Part shown: positions 1 through 9,752 of the stretch, one piece after another
Numbering within the stretch: position 1 is the first letter of the stretch
Layout: each line of letters starts with the position of its first letter
NCBI RefSeq assembly: GCF_057098645.1
Contig: NZ_CM169472.1
Reading direction: 5' to 3' (one strand)
DNA: 64,000 nt
Notes under the pieces: model-generated
Told to the model about the DNA's origin: nothing
What the model saw: only the letters and a program-made list of their open reading frames with translations
The model's database searches: none
Made by a program: the position numbers and the translations under genes

Positions 1-1234
1 TTTTTCTAATGGTCATAAGTATCTCGTCAATTTTATTTTGATCAATATTATCTAATTCATGAAGAATAACTATTTTATTCAACTCTTTGTATTGATATGC
101 CAAAGTGGAAGGATACGAAATGACAATATCTACATCAGGGAAATAATCATCATCTGTAATGAAATTCCATTTTGTCTTTTTGGCTTTTTCAGATGCTCTA
201 GCTTTTGGATGTTCTTTATAATAAAGAACAATATTATCTGATAACGTTGAAAGTTGTGACCCAAGACTTAGTTGTCCTCGTTCACACAATGAATGCCCAA
301 TAATTAGAATTGATAATCCTTTATTATTAATTGATGAAACATAAAATGGCTGTTGATAGAAATGAATTTTTATATTGTAATCATTAGCCTGTGAGATTAT
401 ATGCTCTAAAAATAATTCAAGCTCAATTTCGTTAAAGATAGCGAGCTCTGATACAGCTTTCAGTTTATATGAGAGAGAGAAAAATTCATAACCCTTAGTC
501 TTTAACGCCAGTAACGAGCCATGTTGAATTAATATATATCTTTTCCTTTTTATTCTGCATATAAAATCAGTTAAAACAGCCCAACGATCATAATGTTCAC
601 TACTTGCGAGATTGCCTTTAATATTATTCATTCCCATAGCAACCAAAAACCAAGAAGGTGCTGTATAAATATGAAGAAGCCATTTTATACGTGATGGTTT
701 TAAATAATAGATATAACTAAAAATAGATAACAAGAATGCTCTTGCCACATCTAGAAACGATGTTAATTCATATAAATTAATAGCATTAAAGTCACAACTC
801 GTTGGTGTATAATTTACCCATGGTAATTTTATTATAATAAGTTCATCTCGAGATAATTTGTAACTATCATTATCTTTAAAAAAATAGCAAGTTTGCCTCA
901 TTTCTAAATCTGAAAACGAAAAATAGTAAAATTTACCTTCCTTATTATTAGCAACCTTTATTTCTGAAATGGAATTTTTAAATTTAGCCAATATATATTT
1001 AGCAAAAAATAATATAACATATAATAAAAACCCCCCAAAAATAAAGGCAAACATAATCACTGCATAAATAATTTGCAAACTCGATGAACTCCACCTTTCC
1101 CCAGCCCATTTACTTGTCCTGGGAAGTGGTGGCATTTTTTTTGTAATGCTTTTTGATAAAGACTTATCGATATCTATTTCATTTTGTGTTGCGTGTAAAT
1201 AACATTCTATTATTTGCGACATTGATAATTGCAT
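1..1234 (-). CDS. Putative O-antigen glycosyltransferase, possibly a sialyltransferase; partial, 3' end lies beyond the window start
   Basis: Manual minus-strand translation from ATG 1232-1234 (alternative ATG 1220-1222) gives about 411 codons with no stop down to position 1. Absent from the ORF track only because it has no in-window stop. N-terminal hydrophobic helix; EHP motif near residue 350. Start overlaps wzy stop. Family assignment is a guess. Confidence 0.55.
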   Translation of the reverse strand, partial: MQLSMSQIIECYLHATQNEIDIDKSLSKSITKKMPPLPRTSKWAGERWSSSSLQIIYAVIMFAFIFGGFLLYVILFFAKYILAKFKNSISEIKVANNKEGKFYYFSFSDLEMRQTCYFFKDNDSYKLSRDELIIIKLPWVNYTPTSCDFNAINLYELTSFLDVARAFLLSIFSYIYYLKPSRIKWLLHIYTAPSWFLVAMGMNNIKGNLASSEHYDRWAVLTDFICRIKRKRYILIQHGSLLALKTKGYEFFSLSYKLKAVSELAIFNEIELELFLEHIISQANDYNIKIHFYQQPFYVSSINNKGLSILIIGHSLCERGQLSLGSQLSTLSDNIVLYYKEHPKARASEKAKKTKWNFITDDDYFPDVDIVISYPSTLAYQYKELNKIVILHELDNIDQNKIDEILMTIRK

Positions 1235-1236
1235 AT

Positions 1237-2424
1237 TTATCTTCCTATAGAGCTTTTAACTAATTTATATTTATATATATAATATCCGCATGAGATAAAG
1301 AACAATTGATTTACAGGAAAAGAATTTATAAATGAATTTGAAAGCCCGGATATTAGGAAATAAATAAAAACAACTCTCCAAATGGCTATATCTTCAGCCA
1401 TTAACTCATTAAATATTTTAAATTGTATGTTCCAGAAGATAAGCAGCAATAAAATTAATAAAACAATAAAAAAGCCGATTAGACCGGCATAATTAAACAT
1501 TACGAGATAAAAGTTATCTGAAATGAGATTTATATTTTTATCTAAAAAATCAGGTAGCAACATATTCAGATCAACTAAATTTAAATATGTCAGAAAGTTT
1601 TCAACTCGAATTGATGCCGTATACGTATTAAGACCTCGATATTGTGATTCAATACCAGAGATACTGCCCATATAAAATATGGCGTACAATGCACCGCAAA
1701 CAGTGCCAATGCTTGCAAGAGTAAATATTTTTTTTCGCAAGCGAATGCTGGCACTGTCTCTCAATACTACTGTTAATAAAAGTGTCATACCAAGTGATAA
1801 CCATGCTGTGCGCGAACCACTGCTAATTAACGTTATCATCGGCATTATAAGAAATAAAGCTCTTTTAAAAAGACTTTTTATATTTGTCACCAAGGCGATT
1901 AAAATAATAATCGCTGAATAAGCACCACTATTCGTAGGATTCAGAAGAGAAGATATTGACCTAATCCCATCAGTGGCAGCCCAATATGAAACCATATAAT
2001 TATAAAATACCGTTAATTCTAATACAGAAATCGTGCCTACAATAACTCCTGTCCATAAAAGAACTCTATTAACTTTCACCATATTATAAGAAAATAGAGG
2101 AATAATCAGGCAAAAGCTGATCATAGTTGCAATAATCAACATTGTTGTTGCGTAAATTGTTACCGCACCACTGAAAAGGGCTGAAGCAACAGACAGGAAC
2201 AAGAAAAAAAACAATACAAAAAAATAATTAAATTTCTTGTAAATAAATAAGATACTTAGACTTATAACTAAGCAAACTATATATTTTATAATTTTTTGCG
2301 TTAAATCTTCATTATATTTTAATGTGTCAACACCAGAAAAAATAGCATTTAAGTAATATAACGAAGAAATAATTAACCAAAAAAAAAGCACTCCATTTAT
2401 AAACTTATCTTTCTTTATATTCAC
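1237..2424 (-). CDS. wzy: O-antigen polymerase Wzy (polytopic membrane protein)
   Basis: 395 aa, highly hydrophobic multi-TM ORF; GSRTAWLSLG-type motif typical of O-antigen polymerase/ligase-like domain; very low GC; GTG start at 2422-2424. Confidence 0.6.
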   Translation of the reverse strand: MNIKKDKFINGVLFFWLIISSLYYLNAIFSGVDTLKYNEDLTQKIIKYIVCLVISLSILFIYKKFNYFFVLFFFLFLSVASALFSGAVTIYATTMLIIATMISFCLIIPLFSYNMVKVNRVLLWTGVIVGTISVLELTVFYNYMVSYWAATDGIRSISSLLNPTNSGAYSAIIILIALVTNIKSLFKRALFLIMPMITLISSGSRTAWLSLGMTLLLTVVLRDSASIRLRKKIFTLASIGTVCGALYAIFYMGSISGIESQYRGLNTYTASIRVENFLTYLNLVDLNMLLPDFLDKNINLISDNFYLVMFNYAGLIGFFIVLLILLLLIFWNIQFKIFNELMAEDIAIWRVVFIYFLISGLSNSFINSFPVNQLFFISCGYYIYKYKLVKSSIGR

Positions 2425-2431
2425 GTTTATT

Positions 2432-3670
2432 TTAAACCTTTTTTAGAATTTTATATAACGGGATCATTTTTAAGATCAAAAGTAATACAAAACTAGCTAT
2501 CATACCAATTAGCAAGTAATAGATATCACTTTGACATACGCTAAAAAAAACAAATAGTAAAAAAGATAAAAATGATATCAGTTGACTTACTAATATGTAA
2601 CGATCTTCTCTCATCGCGTATAAAGCAATATGTGGAATAAGACTTATACAATAGATATAAGTCGCTGCTATTAATAATATAAATACAGGAAATAATTGTA
2701 TGTAATCTCGTTTATCCAACCACTTAACCAATATAATCCCAGTAAAAAAGCAACAGATGCTCAAGAAAGATAGTAGTAAAATTAATTTATAAGTGAATTT
2801 TCTTAACTCAGATTTAAATTTTATATATTTTTTCCCTGAATATAACAAGGCAAGCTTTGGAAATGAAAAAGATATCAAAATAGTATCCAAAAATGATTGA
2901 ATAGCTGAAGTCATACTAACAAATAATGTATATCCCCCCAAAACTTCTAGGCCCGATATTTTTTCTACCGCGAATCTATCAAACGTGAAAAAGCCTCGTA
3001 GTGCAAGGGCTGCAATTAGCATTGGTACAGACAGCTTTATACCTTTTTTTATCCACGTCCAATCCCAGTTTGTAATATCGCTTTGTTTTTTTTTATTTAA
3101 AATATAAGCCACTCCAAGCACACTCGCGGACACAGTACCACCAAACCAAAAAATAAATACAACTGTTATATTTCTTAAGTTCGGATACACTAGCATCACA
3201 GCTATAGCTAACCAACACCATACACCTTGTCTTACAAAAAGAATAAAACTTGCAATCGATTGGCTTTCTATTGTTATTAGAACTCTATTAATCTCTTGTG
3301 ATAAGTGCTCAAAAAATAAAAGTAGGATAAACCAGTATTCACTTCCAGATGGTAATATTTCTAAATATAATAAAAAAATAAATGCCGGTATACATAGTAT
3401 ATAAGATATAACAGTAAATAGAGCTTGATTTTTTAGTATAAAAAAAAGCCTATTTTTTTGCGAGTTAATTATTTCTCTCGTTGAATACGTATAAAACTCA
3501 AAACCTACAACGAAAATACCATATCCTACAGCTGCATTAATTAATCCATACACTCCTAAATCTGTTGATGGTAAAAGTCGAGCAAGCAAAACAATGAAAA
3601 TAAATTTAGTAAGTAGAGTAATCCCTCTTAATCCAACACTTGAGTAATACTTAAGCATAGTATTAAACAT
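2432..3670 (-). CDS. wzx: O-antigen flippase Wzx
   Basis: 412 aa polytopic membrane protein; N-terminal region (LLARLLPSTDLGVYGL) typical of Wzx/RfbX polysaccharide-transport family; ATG at 3668-3670. Confidence 0.65.
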   Translation of the reverse strand: MFNTMLKYYSSVGLRGITLLTKFIFIVLLARLLPSTDLGVYGLINAAVGYGIFVVGFEFYTYSTREIINSQKNRLFFILKNQALFTVISYILCIPAFIFLLYLEILPSGSEYWFILLLFFEHLSQEINRVLITIESQSIASFILFVRQGVWCWLAIAVMLVYPNLRNITVVFIFWFGGTVSASVLGVAYILNKKKQSDITNWDWTWIKKGIKLSVPMLIAALALRGFFTFDRFAVEKISGLEVLGGYTLFVSMTSAIQSFLDTILISFSFPKLALLYSGKKYIKFKSELRKFTYKLILLLSFLSICCFFTGIILVKWLDKRDYIQLFPVFILLIAATYIYCISLIPHIALYAMREDRYILVSQLISFLSFLLFVFFSVCQSDIYYLLIGMIASFVLLLILKMIPLYKILKKV

Positions 3671-3801
3671 CCAAGGCCAATGTTAAAATCGGAAGTTTTT
3701 AATCTGTGATTATTAAATTTGCAATAATTTAAATATTAATATGAGGTTTTTAAATTTTAAATATCATACAAATAACTTATTAAAAACAATACCCATGTTG
3801 T

Positions 3802-4980
3802 TTATTTTAAATGACTATAGTCATATGCAACATCATAGAAGTCTTTATAATCCAACTTTTCATAAGTTAAAAAATCTTTAATGATTTTAACAATACTATT
3901 CATTACATCATTATTATAGTAAGGATTATGAGCATTTTTTACACGTTCAATGAAACTTTTCTGTTGTGAATAAGCAATGGCACATTCTATACTTTCTTTT
4001 TTACATATGGTATCTATTACCGAATCACCTCTAACCCTTCCTTTTTGGCGATCGCCTATATTAATCGTCGGAACCTTTAAGCTTGGAACCTCAATTAACC
4101 CAGATGACGAATTGCCTATTAAGCCATATGAATATTTTATCAAAGCTAGATATTCTTCAGGTCTCACAGAAATCATATATCGACAGCCATATACTCTACA
4201 AAAATCGAGAGTCATTTCTCTTATTTGTTCTGAACCAGTATCAGCATTTGAGCCAATAAAGATATAATCGTATTCTTCGCTAAAACTAGCTAATGCTTCT
4301 AGTAATTCTAAATACTGCTCTCTAACAGGTAAAGTTGATAACGTTTCAGGATGAAATACGACTACGAAATATTTTCTATTTAACCCACCGTACTTATTTT
4401 CAAGCTCCTTTTTAGAGGGTAATTCTAGTTGCAAACTGTTTTCAGCCCCTAGCGCACCTACATTAAATACACAATTAGGATCTTCACCAAGTTGGATAAC
4501 CCTTTTCCGATATTCATCAGTTGATACTAGATGTAGACGACTCATTTTCGTTATTGAATGTCGTATAAATTCATCATAATTCCCTAACGTTTTCTCTCCA
4601 CCATGAAGATGAATAATAGGTAGGTTATGCATAGAAGCTGCTACTGCCACTGAAAATATTTCGTATCGATCACCTAATATAATGACAGCATCATATTTTT
4701 TCTCTTGGAAATGCTCACCAAATGCTTGTTGGCATATCGACATCGTTTTCAAAACATCTGCGTTGGTTTTATTTTTCAGCTGCAAATCAATTAATTTTTC
4801 AATTAAGAAACCATCATTCTCGATTGTTTTATATGTATAACCATATTCAGAATCGCAATGCATACCTGTTGCAATAATTGATAAATCAATATCAGGATCA
4901 TCTTTTAGACTTTTTAATAGTCGTTTCATAATACCGTACTCAGCTCTTGAGCCGGTGACATAGAGCAATTTTCTTTTCAT
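3802..4980 (-). CDS. neuC: UDP-N-acetylglucosamine 2-epimerase (hydrolysing), NeuC/NnaA
   Basis: 392 aa; N-terminus MKRKLLYVTGSRAEYGI...IATGMHCD matches the NeuC family signature; ATG 4978-4980 overlaps neuA stop. Confidence 0.85.
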   Translation of the reverse strand: MKRKLLYVTGSRAEYGIMKRLLKSLKDDPDIDLSIIATGMHCDSEYGYTYKTIENDGFLIEKLIDLQLKNKTNADVLKTMSICQQAFGEHFQEKKYDAVIILGDRYEIFSVAVAASMHNLPIIHLHGGEKTLGNYDEFIRHSITKMSRLHLVSTDEYRKRVIQLGEDPNCVFNVGALGAENSLQLELPSKKELENKYGGLNRKYFVVVFHPETLSTLPVREQYLELLEALASFSEEYDYIFIGSNADTGSEQIREMTLDFCRVYGCRYMISVRPEEYLALIKYSYGLIGNSSSGLIEVPSLKVPTINIGDRQKGRVRGDSVIDTICKKESIECAIAYSQQKSFIERVKNAHNPYYNNDVMNSIVKIIKDFLTYEKLDYKDFYDVAYDYSHLK

Positions 4981-6242
4981 TTTAAGATACTCGAAATATC
5001 ATTTTCTAACTGTTTGTAAGCTTGTAACGTGAAATGTAAACCATCATAAGTATAATTTTCATTCAGATTGCCGAACTCATCATAAAAAGATGGAGATAAC
5101 GGCATCCAAATAACATTGTCTAATTTACTAAAATATTGTTTCATTGCCAGATTTAATTTATTGATAGTATTATTATCCCTATCAACTCTTCCTCGAACAG
5201 GCGGCACTGCTAGCAGAATGATAGTAACATCAGGATTTATAATTTTTACTCTATTGATCAGATTTTTTGTCCATTTTATAGTGTATTCAATAGTCCAACC
5301 ATCGTTCACAATGTCGTTTGTGCCTGAAATTAATAGCACATACTTACCTATATTGGTGAGCATGTTTTTTTCAATGATGTATTTGTAATATTTTTCGCTA
5401 TCAATGCCAGCAATGCCTAAATTGTTAACCTTAATTCCACATATGTTGCTGAGATCCCAATAATCAAAAATTGAATGTCCAATCAGTGTAATTTGCTCAA
5501 CTTTGTTAAATAAATCTTTTTTATCGACAATTCGTTTGATAATAGCATTATCCAATAAATTTTTTTTATTTTTTTTTGTTTGGATTAGAATTGCCAATTC
5601 AAAATCTAACTGATCATCGATATCAATAGAATCTTCTTTATTCATAATATAGGCTATACTGTCAGCACCAAAGAAATGTTTTTGTCTTAAATAATTAGAA
5701 ACATAACCAATAAAAATCGCACCATTTGGACAGTATTCTTTTTTATTTTGTCTACGATATGTACTAAAATCACAGTCAAAGTTCCTTAATGACAGTGAAT
5801 TATCAATTGGTTTAATTAACGCCGAACTTTTATCACTTTCTACCACAGACACCAAAAATTTTGCTTCGTGATTATTTTCAAATTGCTCAACAGCATTCTT
5901 AATATGCTTATAATTACGAAATGGTGATGTTGGTTGTAGAAGCACAAAATAATCATATCCTGGACATTTTTCAAGCACATCTTGAACTACCATAAAAGAT
6001 GTTGCCGAATCCGACGATAATTCTTTTGTGCGTAATATTACTTCCGCGCCATATTTCTCTGCAATATATTTATATTCTAATGAATCTGTTGAAACAATAA
6101 TTTTATCAAATATATTAGAGCTAATCGCTGCTTCGATAGTATAAGCAATTAATGGGCGATCCAATAACATTAGTATATTTTTATTTCGTAAGCCCTTAGA
6201 TCCAGACCGAGCAGGTATAATGGCAATTTTTTTTAATGACAC
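4977..6242 (-). CDS. neuA: CMP-N-acetylneuraminate synthetase with C-terminal SGNH/GDSL-like esterase domain, NeuA/NnaC
   Basis: 421 aa; N-terminus IAIIPARSGSKGLRNKN is the CMP-sugar cytidylyltransferase signature; C-terminal about 170 aa (LLISGTNDI...DGLHF) resembles the SGNH hydrolase domain of bifunctional NeuA; GTG start. Confidence 0.85.
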   Translation of the reverse strand: MSLKKIAIIPARSGSKGLRNKNILMLLDRPLIAYTIEAAISSNIFDKIIVSTDSLEYKYIAEKYGAEVILRTKELSSDSATSFMVVQDVLEKCPGYDYFVLLQPTSPFRNYKHIKNAVEQFENNHEAKFLVSVVESDKSSALIKPIDNSLSLRNFDCDFSTYRRQNKKEYCPNGAIFIGYVSNYLRQKHFFGADSIAYIMNKEDSIDIDDQLDFELAILIQTKKNKKNLLDNAIIKRIVDKKDLFNKVEQITLIGHSIFDYWDLSNICGIKVNNLGIAGIDSEKYYKYIIEKNMLTNIGKYVLLISGTNDIVNDGWTIEYTIKWTKNLINRVKIINPDVTIILLAVPPVRGRVDRDNNTINKLNLAMKQYFSKLDNVIWMPLSPSFYDEFGNLNENYTYDGLHFTLQAYKQLENDISSILK

Positions 6243-6245
6243 AAC

Positions 6246-7286
6246 TCAAACCTCTTGTTTACTAAAATCAGAGTGCTCAATTAGTTGATCCTCATCAAAA
6301 TCCTTTTCAGCTATTTTACCTAAGACCTCATACCAGTACATTGGACTAATTCCGTTTCCTGGTCGCTTTGTCGTAATATTTTCCGTCGTAAAAATATCTC
6401 CTTTTTTTATTGCACATTTAGCAACAATTGATTTTCGAGCTACTACTTTATTCTTTCGTTCTGAATTTGTTACTAACTTTTCATAGCTACCAAGTGAAAT
6501 TTCTACTGCACGTATTCCTTCGCATAGTAATTTAAGTTCCTCAGGTGTAACTGATGCTTTATGATCTGGACCTTCAAAATTTTTATCCAGTGTAAAATGT
6601 TTCTCAATAAAAGTGATCCCATAAGGCACTGATGCAATACCAGCAAAATAACCTGGAGAATGATCAGAAAATCCAATATTATATTGACTAAATATTTTTT
6701 TGAATCCAGAAATTGTATTTAGATTTACATCTTCAAATGGCGTTGGATACTCTGTATTACAATGTAATATTGTTATATTTCTATGTGTAATGCCATTATC
6801 AATAAAAACCTTTAATGCCAAATTGATTTCATCAACTGTTGCCATACCAGTTGATAGTACAATTTTTTTATCTTCGATTGGCAATTTGGCTATTTTCTCT
6901 AAATATGGTAAATTTAATAATTCGCCTGATGGAATCTTCCAAACTTTTTGATTTCTGGATGCAAGAAAATCGATTGAATCAAAATCAAATGGTGTTGAGA
7001 AGACATCCAACCCAAGTTCTTTTGCATATTCTTCCAGCTTGATAAACTCATCATATGGCAACTCTAACTTACGAGTCATCTCTAATTGAGTCTCTTCATT
7101 ACCGGTAACTTTTATTTGATATTCTGCTTTAGGAGCATATTTTGAGATAAGTTGCTCAGCTTTAAAAGTTTGGAATTTTACTGCATCTACCCCGGCAGAT
7201 TTTGCCTCTTTTACCATTTTCTTAGCTAACTCGAAATCTCCGTTATGATTACAACCAATTTCAGCAACAATATAAATTCTCGACAT
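6246..7286 (-). CDS. neuB: N-acetylneuraminate synthase, NeuB/NnaB
   Basis: N-terminus MSRIYIVAEIGCNHNGDFELAKKM...VDAVKFQTF is the NeuB signature; ATG at 7284-7286 preceded by AGGTGA; the track ORF begins 4 codons upstream at a GTG. Confidence 0.88.
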   Translation of the reverse strand: MSRIYIVAEIGCNHNGDFELAKKMVKEAKSAGVDAVKFQTFKAEQLISKYAPKAEYQIKVTGNEETQLEMTRKLELPYDEFIKLEEYAKELGLDVFSTPFDFDSIDFLASRNQKVWKIPSGELLNLPYLEKIAKLPIEDKKIVLSTGMATVDEINLALKVFIDNGITHRNITILHCNTEYPTPFEDVNLNTISGFKKIFSQYNIGFSDHSPGYFAGIASVPYGITFIEKHFTLDKNFEGPDHKASVTPEELKLLCEGIRAVEISLGSYEKLVTNSERKNKVVARKSIVAKCAIKKGDIFTTENITTKRPGNGISPMYWYEVLGKIAEKDFDEDQLIEHSDFSKQEV

Positions 7287-7294
7287 AATAAAAA

Positions 7295-7921
7295 TCACCT
7301 TGCTCTAATAAACTTTGTAGGAGCCCCGGCCACTACTACATTGTCAGGAACATCACGAATAACTACAGAACCAGAACCAATAATTGATGAATTACCTATC
7401 TTTAGTTGCCCATTAACAACGGTACAACTTCCTATAAAGGATTTTTCCCCAACGAATACATCACCATTAAGAACAACATTAGTAGAGATATTTGTACAAT
7501 ATGATATATAATTCCCATGCTCTACTAATGCTCTTGTGTTTATCACCACTCCATCTTCTAGTTCTGAATCACAGTTAATGATAGCCATTTTCCCTATATA
7601 AATGCAGGTACCAAGCCTAGAATGTTCAGAAATTATAGATGTTCTGTCAATTACATTGATAGTTGAAAGTTTCATTTCTTCTATTAACTTCATCCATAAG
7701 GCTCTGTAATCGGGATCTCCAATTGCAATAAAGTATAGGTATTGGTTAGGTTCGTCTATGACACCTAAAGTATCACCTAAAATAGGGTATCCTTGATGCT
7801 CACCTGTTTTAAATGTATCAATGAACCCTTCTATTTCATACTTTTCATGATCCAAACTGTCAATTACAGTTTTAGCAAAACCACCAGCACCAATAATTAT
7901 TAATTTTTGCTTCATATTCAT
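7295..7921 (-). CDS. neuD: Hexapeptide-repeat acetyltransferase of the sialic-acid pathway, NeuD/NnaD
   Basis: 208 aa; N-terminal Rossmann-like KLIIIGAGGFAK then left-handed beta-helix hexapeptide repeats; first gene after the JUMPstart region. Confidence 0.8.
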   Translation of the reverse strand: MNMKQKLIIIGAGGFAKTVIDSLDHEKYEIEGFIDTFKTGEHQGYPILGDTLGVIDEPNQYLYFIAIGDPDYRALWMKLIEEMKLSTINVIDRTSIISEHSRLGTCIYIGKMAIINCDSELEDGVVINTRALVEHGNYISYCTNISTNVVLNGDVFVGEKSFIGSCTVVNGQLKIGNSSIIGSGSVVIRDVPDNVVVAGAPTKFIRAR

Positions 7922-7996
7922 ACCATCTAATGGTTTGATTAGATCACATTAACTTTGTTGTTACTTGTATTCATGACAACGATAATACATAAATAT

Positions 7997-8035
7997 CTCA
8001 AAAACACACGCTACCGCCCCTGGCTTTACAGCAAC
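7997..8035 (-). promoter_or_regulatory. JUMPstart element with ops (GGCGGTAGCGTG on minus strand at 8007-8018) upstream of the O-antigen operon
   Basis: Exact ops 12-mer read on the minus strand; flanking bases acacgctaccgcccctggcttt are shared with the wza upstream copy at 33061-33082. Confidence 0.85.
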
Positions 8036-8245
8036 CAGAGCACTATCTGAATAACAAAGTTATAACCTGCCTCACCAGCCATAGCAAAGCATTATAATTT
8101 CAACTCTCAATTGTCTTACTAAATACTGGCAGAAACAAGGAAAATCCGACAAAAAATCGGAGTAACATTTTTTACTTAGTGTAATAACCGCAGAGACGTT
8201 AGCTGGCGTTGTTCTTTCTAACATGTGACTGCTAATGCTCGAAAT

Positions 8246-9151
8246 CTACTTCTCTAGTAACATCTCAATACTTTTACGGAACTTCGTCCCTTCTTTCAGG
8301 TTGCGTAGCCCATACTTCACAAACGCCTGCATGTAGCCCATTTTTTTGCCGCAGTCGTAGCTGTCACCAGTCATCAGCATTGCATCAACAGACTGTTTTT
8401 TCGCCAGTTCAGCAATAGCATCAGTCAGTTGGATACGTCCCCATGCACCTGGCTGAGTGCGTTCAAGTTCCGGCCAAATATCGGCAGAAAGCACATAACG
8501 GCCCACGGCCATGATGTCTGAGTCCAGCGTCTGCGGCTGATCCGGTTTTTCGATAAATTCAACAATGCGGCTGACTTTACCTTCGCGATCCAGCGTTTCT
8601 TTGGTCTGAATAACAGAGTATTCAGAGAGGTCACCCGGCATACGTTTTGCCAGCACCAGGCTGCGGCCCGTTTCGTTGAAGCGCGCAATCATGGCTGCAA
8701 GGTTGTAACGCAGCGGGTCGGCGCTGGCGTCGTCGATCACAACGTCTGGCAGCACCACGACAAATGGATTGTCACCAATGGCGGGTCGTGCACATAAAAT
8801 GGAGTGGCCCAAACCTAAAGGTTCGCCCTGACGCACGTTCATAATTGTCACGCCTGGCGGGCAAATGGACTGTACTCCCGCCAGTAGTTGACGCTTCACG
8901 CGCTGCTCAAGGAGAGATTCTAATTCATAAGAGGTGTCGAAGTGGTTTTCGACCGCGTTCTTGGACGCGTGAGTTACCAGGAGGATCTCTTTGATCCCTG
9001 CAGCCACAATCTCGTCAACAATGTACTGAATCATTGGCTTGTCGACGATCGGTAGCATCTCTTTGGGAATCGCCTTAGTGGCAGGCAACATATGCATCCC
9101 AAGACCCGCTACAGGAATAACTGCTTTTAAATTCGTCATTATTTCATCCAC
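8246..9151 (-). CDS. galF: UTP--glucose-1-phosphate uridylyltransferase paralogue GalF
   Basis: 301 aa; [44 protein letters not shown] matches GalF/GalU family; conserved position between colanic-acid and O-antigen clusters. Confidence 0.93.
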   Translation of the reverse strand: MDEIMTNLKAVIPVAGLGMHMLPATKAIPKEMLPIVDKPMIQYIVDEIVAAGIKEILLVTHASKNAVENHFDTSYELESLLEQRVKRQLLAGVQSICPPGVTIMNVRQGEPLGLGHSILCARPAIGDNPFVVVLPDVVIDDASADPLRYNLAAMIARFNETGRSLVLAKRMPGDLSEYSVIQTKETLDREGKVSRIVEFIEKPDQPQTLDSDIMAVGRYVLSADIWPELERTQPGAWGRIQLTDAIAELAKKQSVDAMLMTGDSYDCGKKMGYMQAFVKYGLRNLKEGTKFRKSIEMLLEK

Positions 9152-9412
9152 CTGTAAAATGGTTGCTGAATTATAGCTTGTTCGATTTTTTTCGCCAGCA
9201 TCAATTACCCTGAATTGATTACTGAATTACTTGTGATGTTACGCCGCTTCGTTGTGGATTGCAGTAGCATTGTTCCTAAGTATGGCTCCATTTTTCCAGG
9301 AATGGTCGCAAATCTACTCCCTCCGTTCCGGCAATCTAAAGTTAATCTTTTCCACATTAACAATATGGTGATTAATCCTGTCGATATCGACGGAGCTTTG
9401 TCCTTTTTCATT

Positions 9413-9421
9413 CACCGCATG
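9413..9421. repeat. IS1 target-site duplication, left copy (caccgcatg)
   Basis: 9-bp direct repeat identical to 10190-10198, immediately flanking the IS1 ends. Confidence 0.9.
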
Positions 9422-9476
9422 GGTGATGCTGCCAACTTACTGATTTAGTGTATGATGGTGTTTTTGAGGTGCTCCA

Positions 9477-9752
9477 GTGGCTTCTGTTTCTATCAGCTGT
9501 CCCTCCTGTTCAGCTACTGACGGGGTGGTGCGTAACGGCAAAAGCACTGCCGGACATCAGCGCTATCTCTGCTCTCACTGCCGTAAAACATGGCAACTGC
9601 AGTTCACTTACACCGCTTCTCAACCCGGTACGCACCAGAAAATCATTGATATGGCCATGAATGGCGTTGGATGCCGGGCAACCGCCCGCATTATGGGCGT
9701 TGGCCTCAACACGATTTTCCGCCATTTAAAAAACTCAGGCCGCAGTCGGTAA
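9477..9752 (+). CDS. insA: IS1 InsA (transposition inhibitor / N-terminal part of InsAB' transposase)
   Basis: 91 aa [43 protein letters not shown]... recognised as IS1 InsA. Confidence 0.95.
   Translation: MASVSISCPSCSATDGVVRNGKSTAGHQRYLCSHCRKTWQLQFTYTASQPGTHQKIIDMAMNGVGCRATARIMGVGLNTIFRHLKNSGRSR

Noticed and set aside
59-241. 60-aa plus-strand ORF at the window start
   Set aside because: Lies antisense within the long minus-strand glycosyltransferase reading frame (1-1234); AT-rich, no RBS, no recognisable domain.
9205-9411. 68-aa minus-strand ORF between galF and IS1
   Set aside because: It is a different frame across the displaced wcaM 3' remnant; the genuine wcaM C-terminal codons (9412-9314) are in another frame. 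Treated as a frame artefact.
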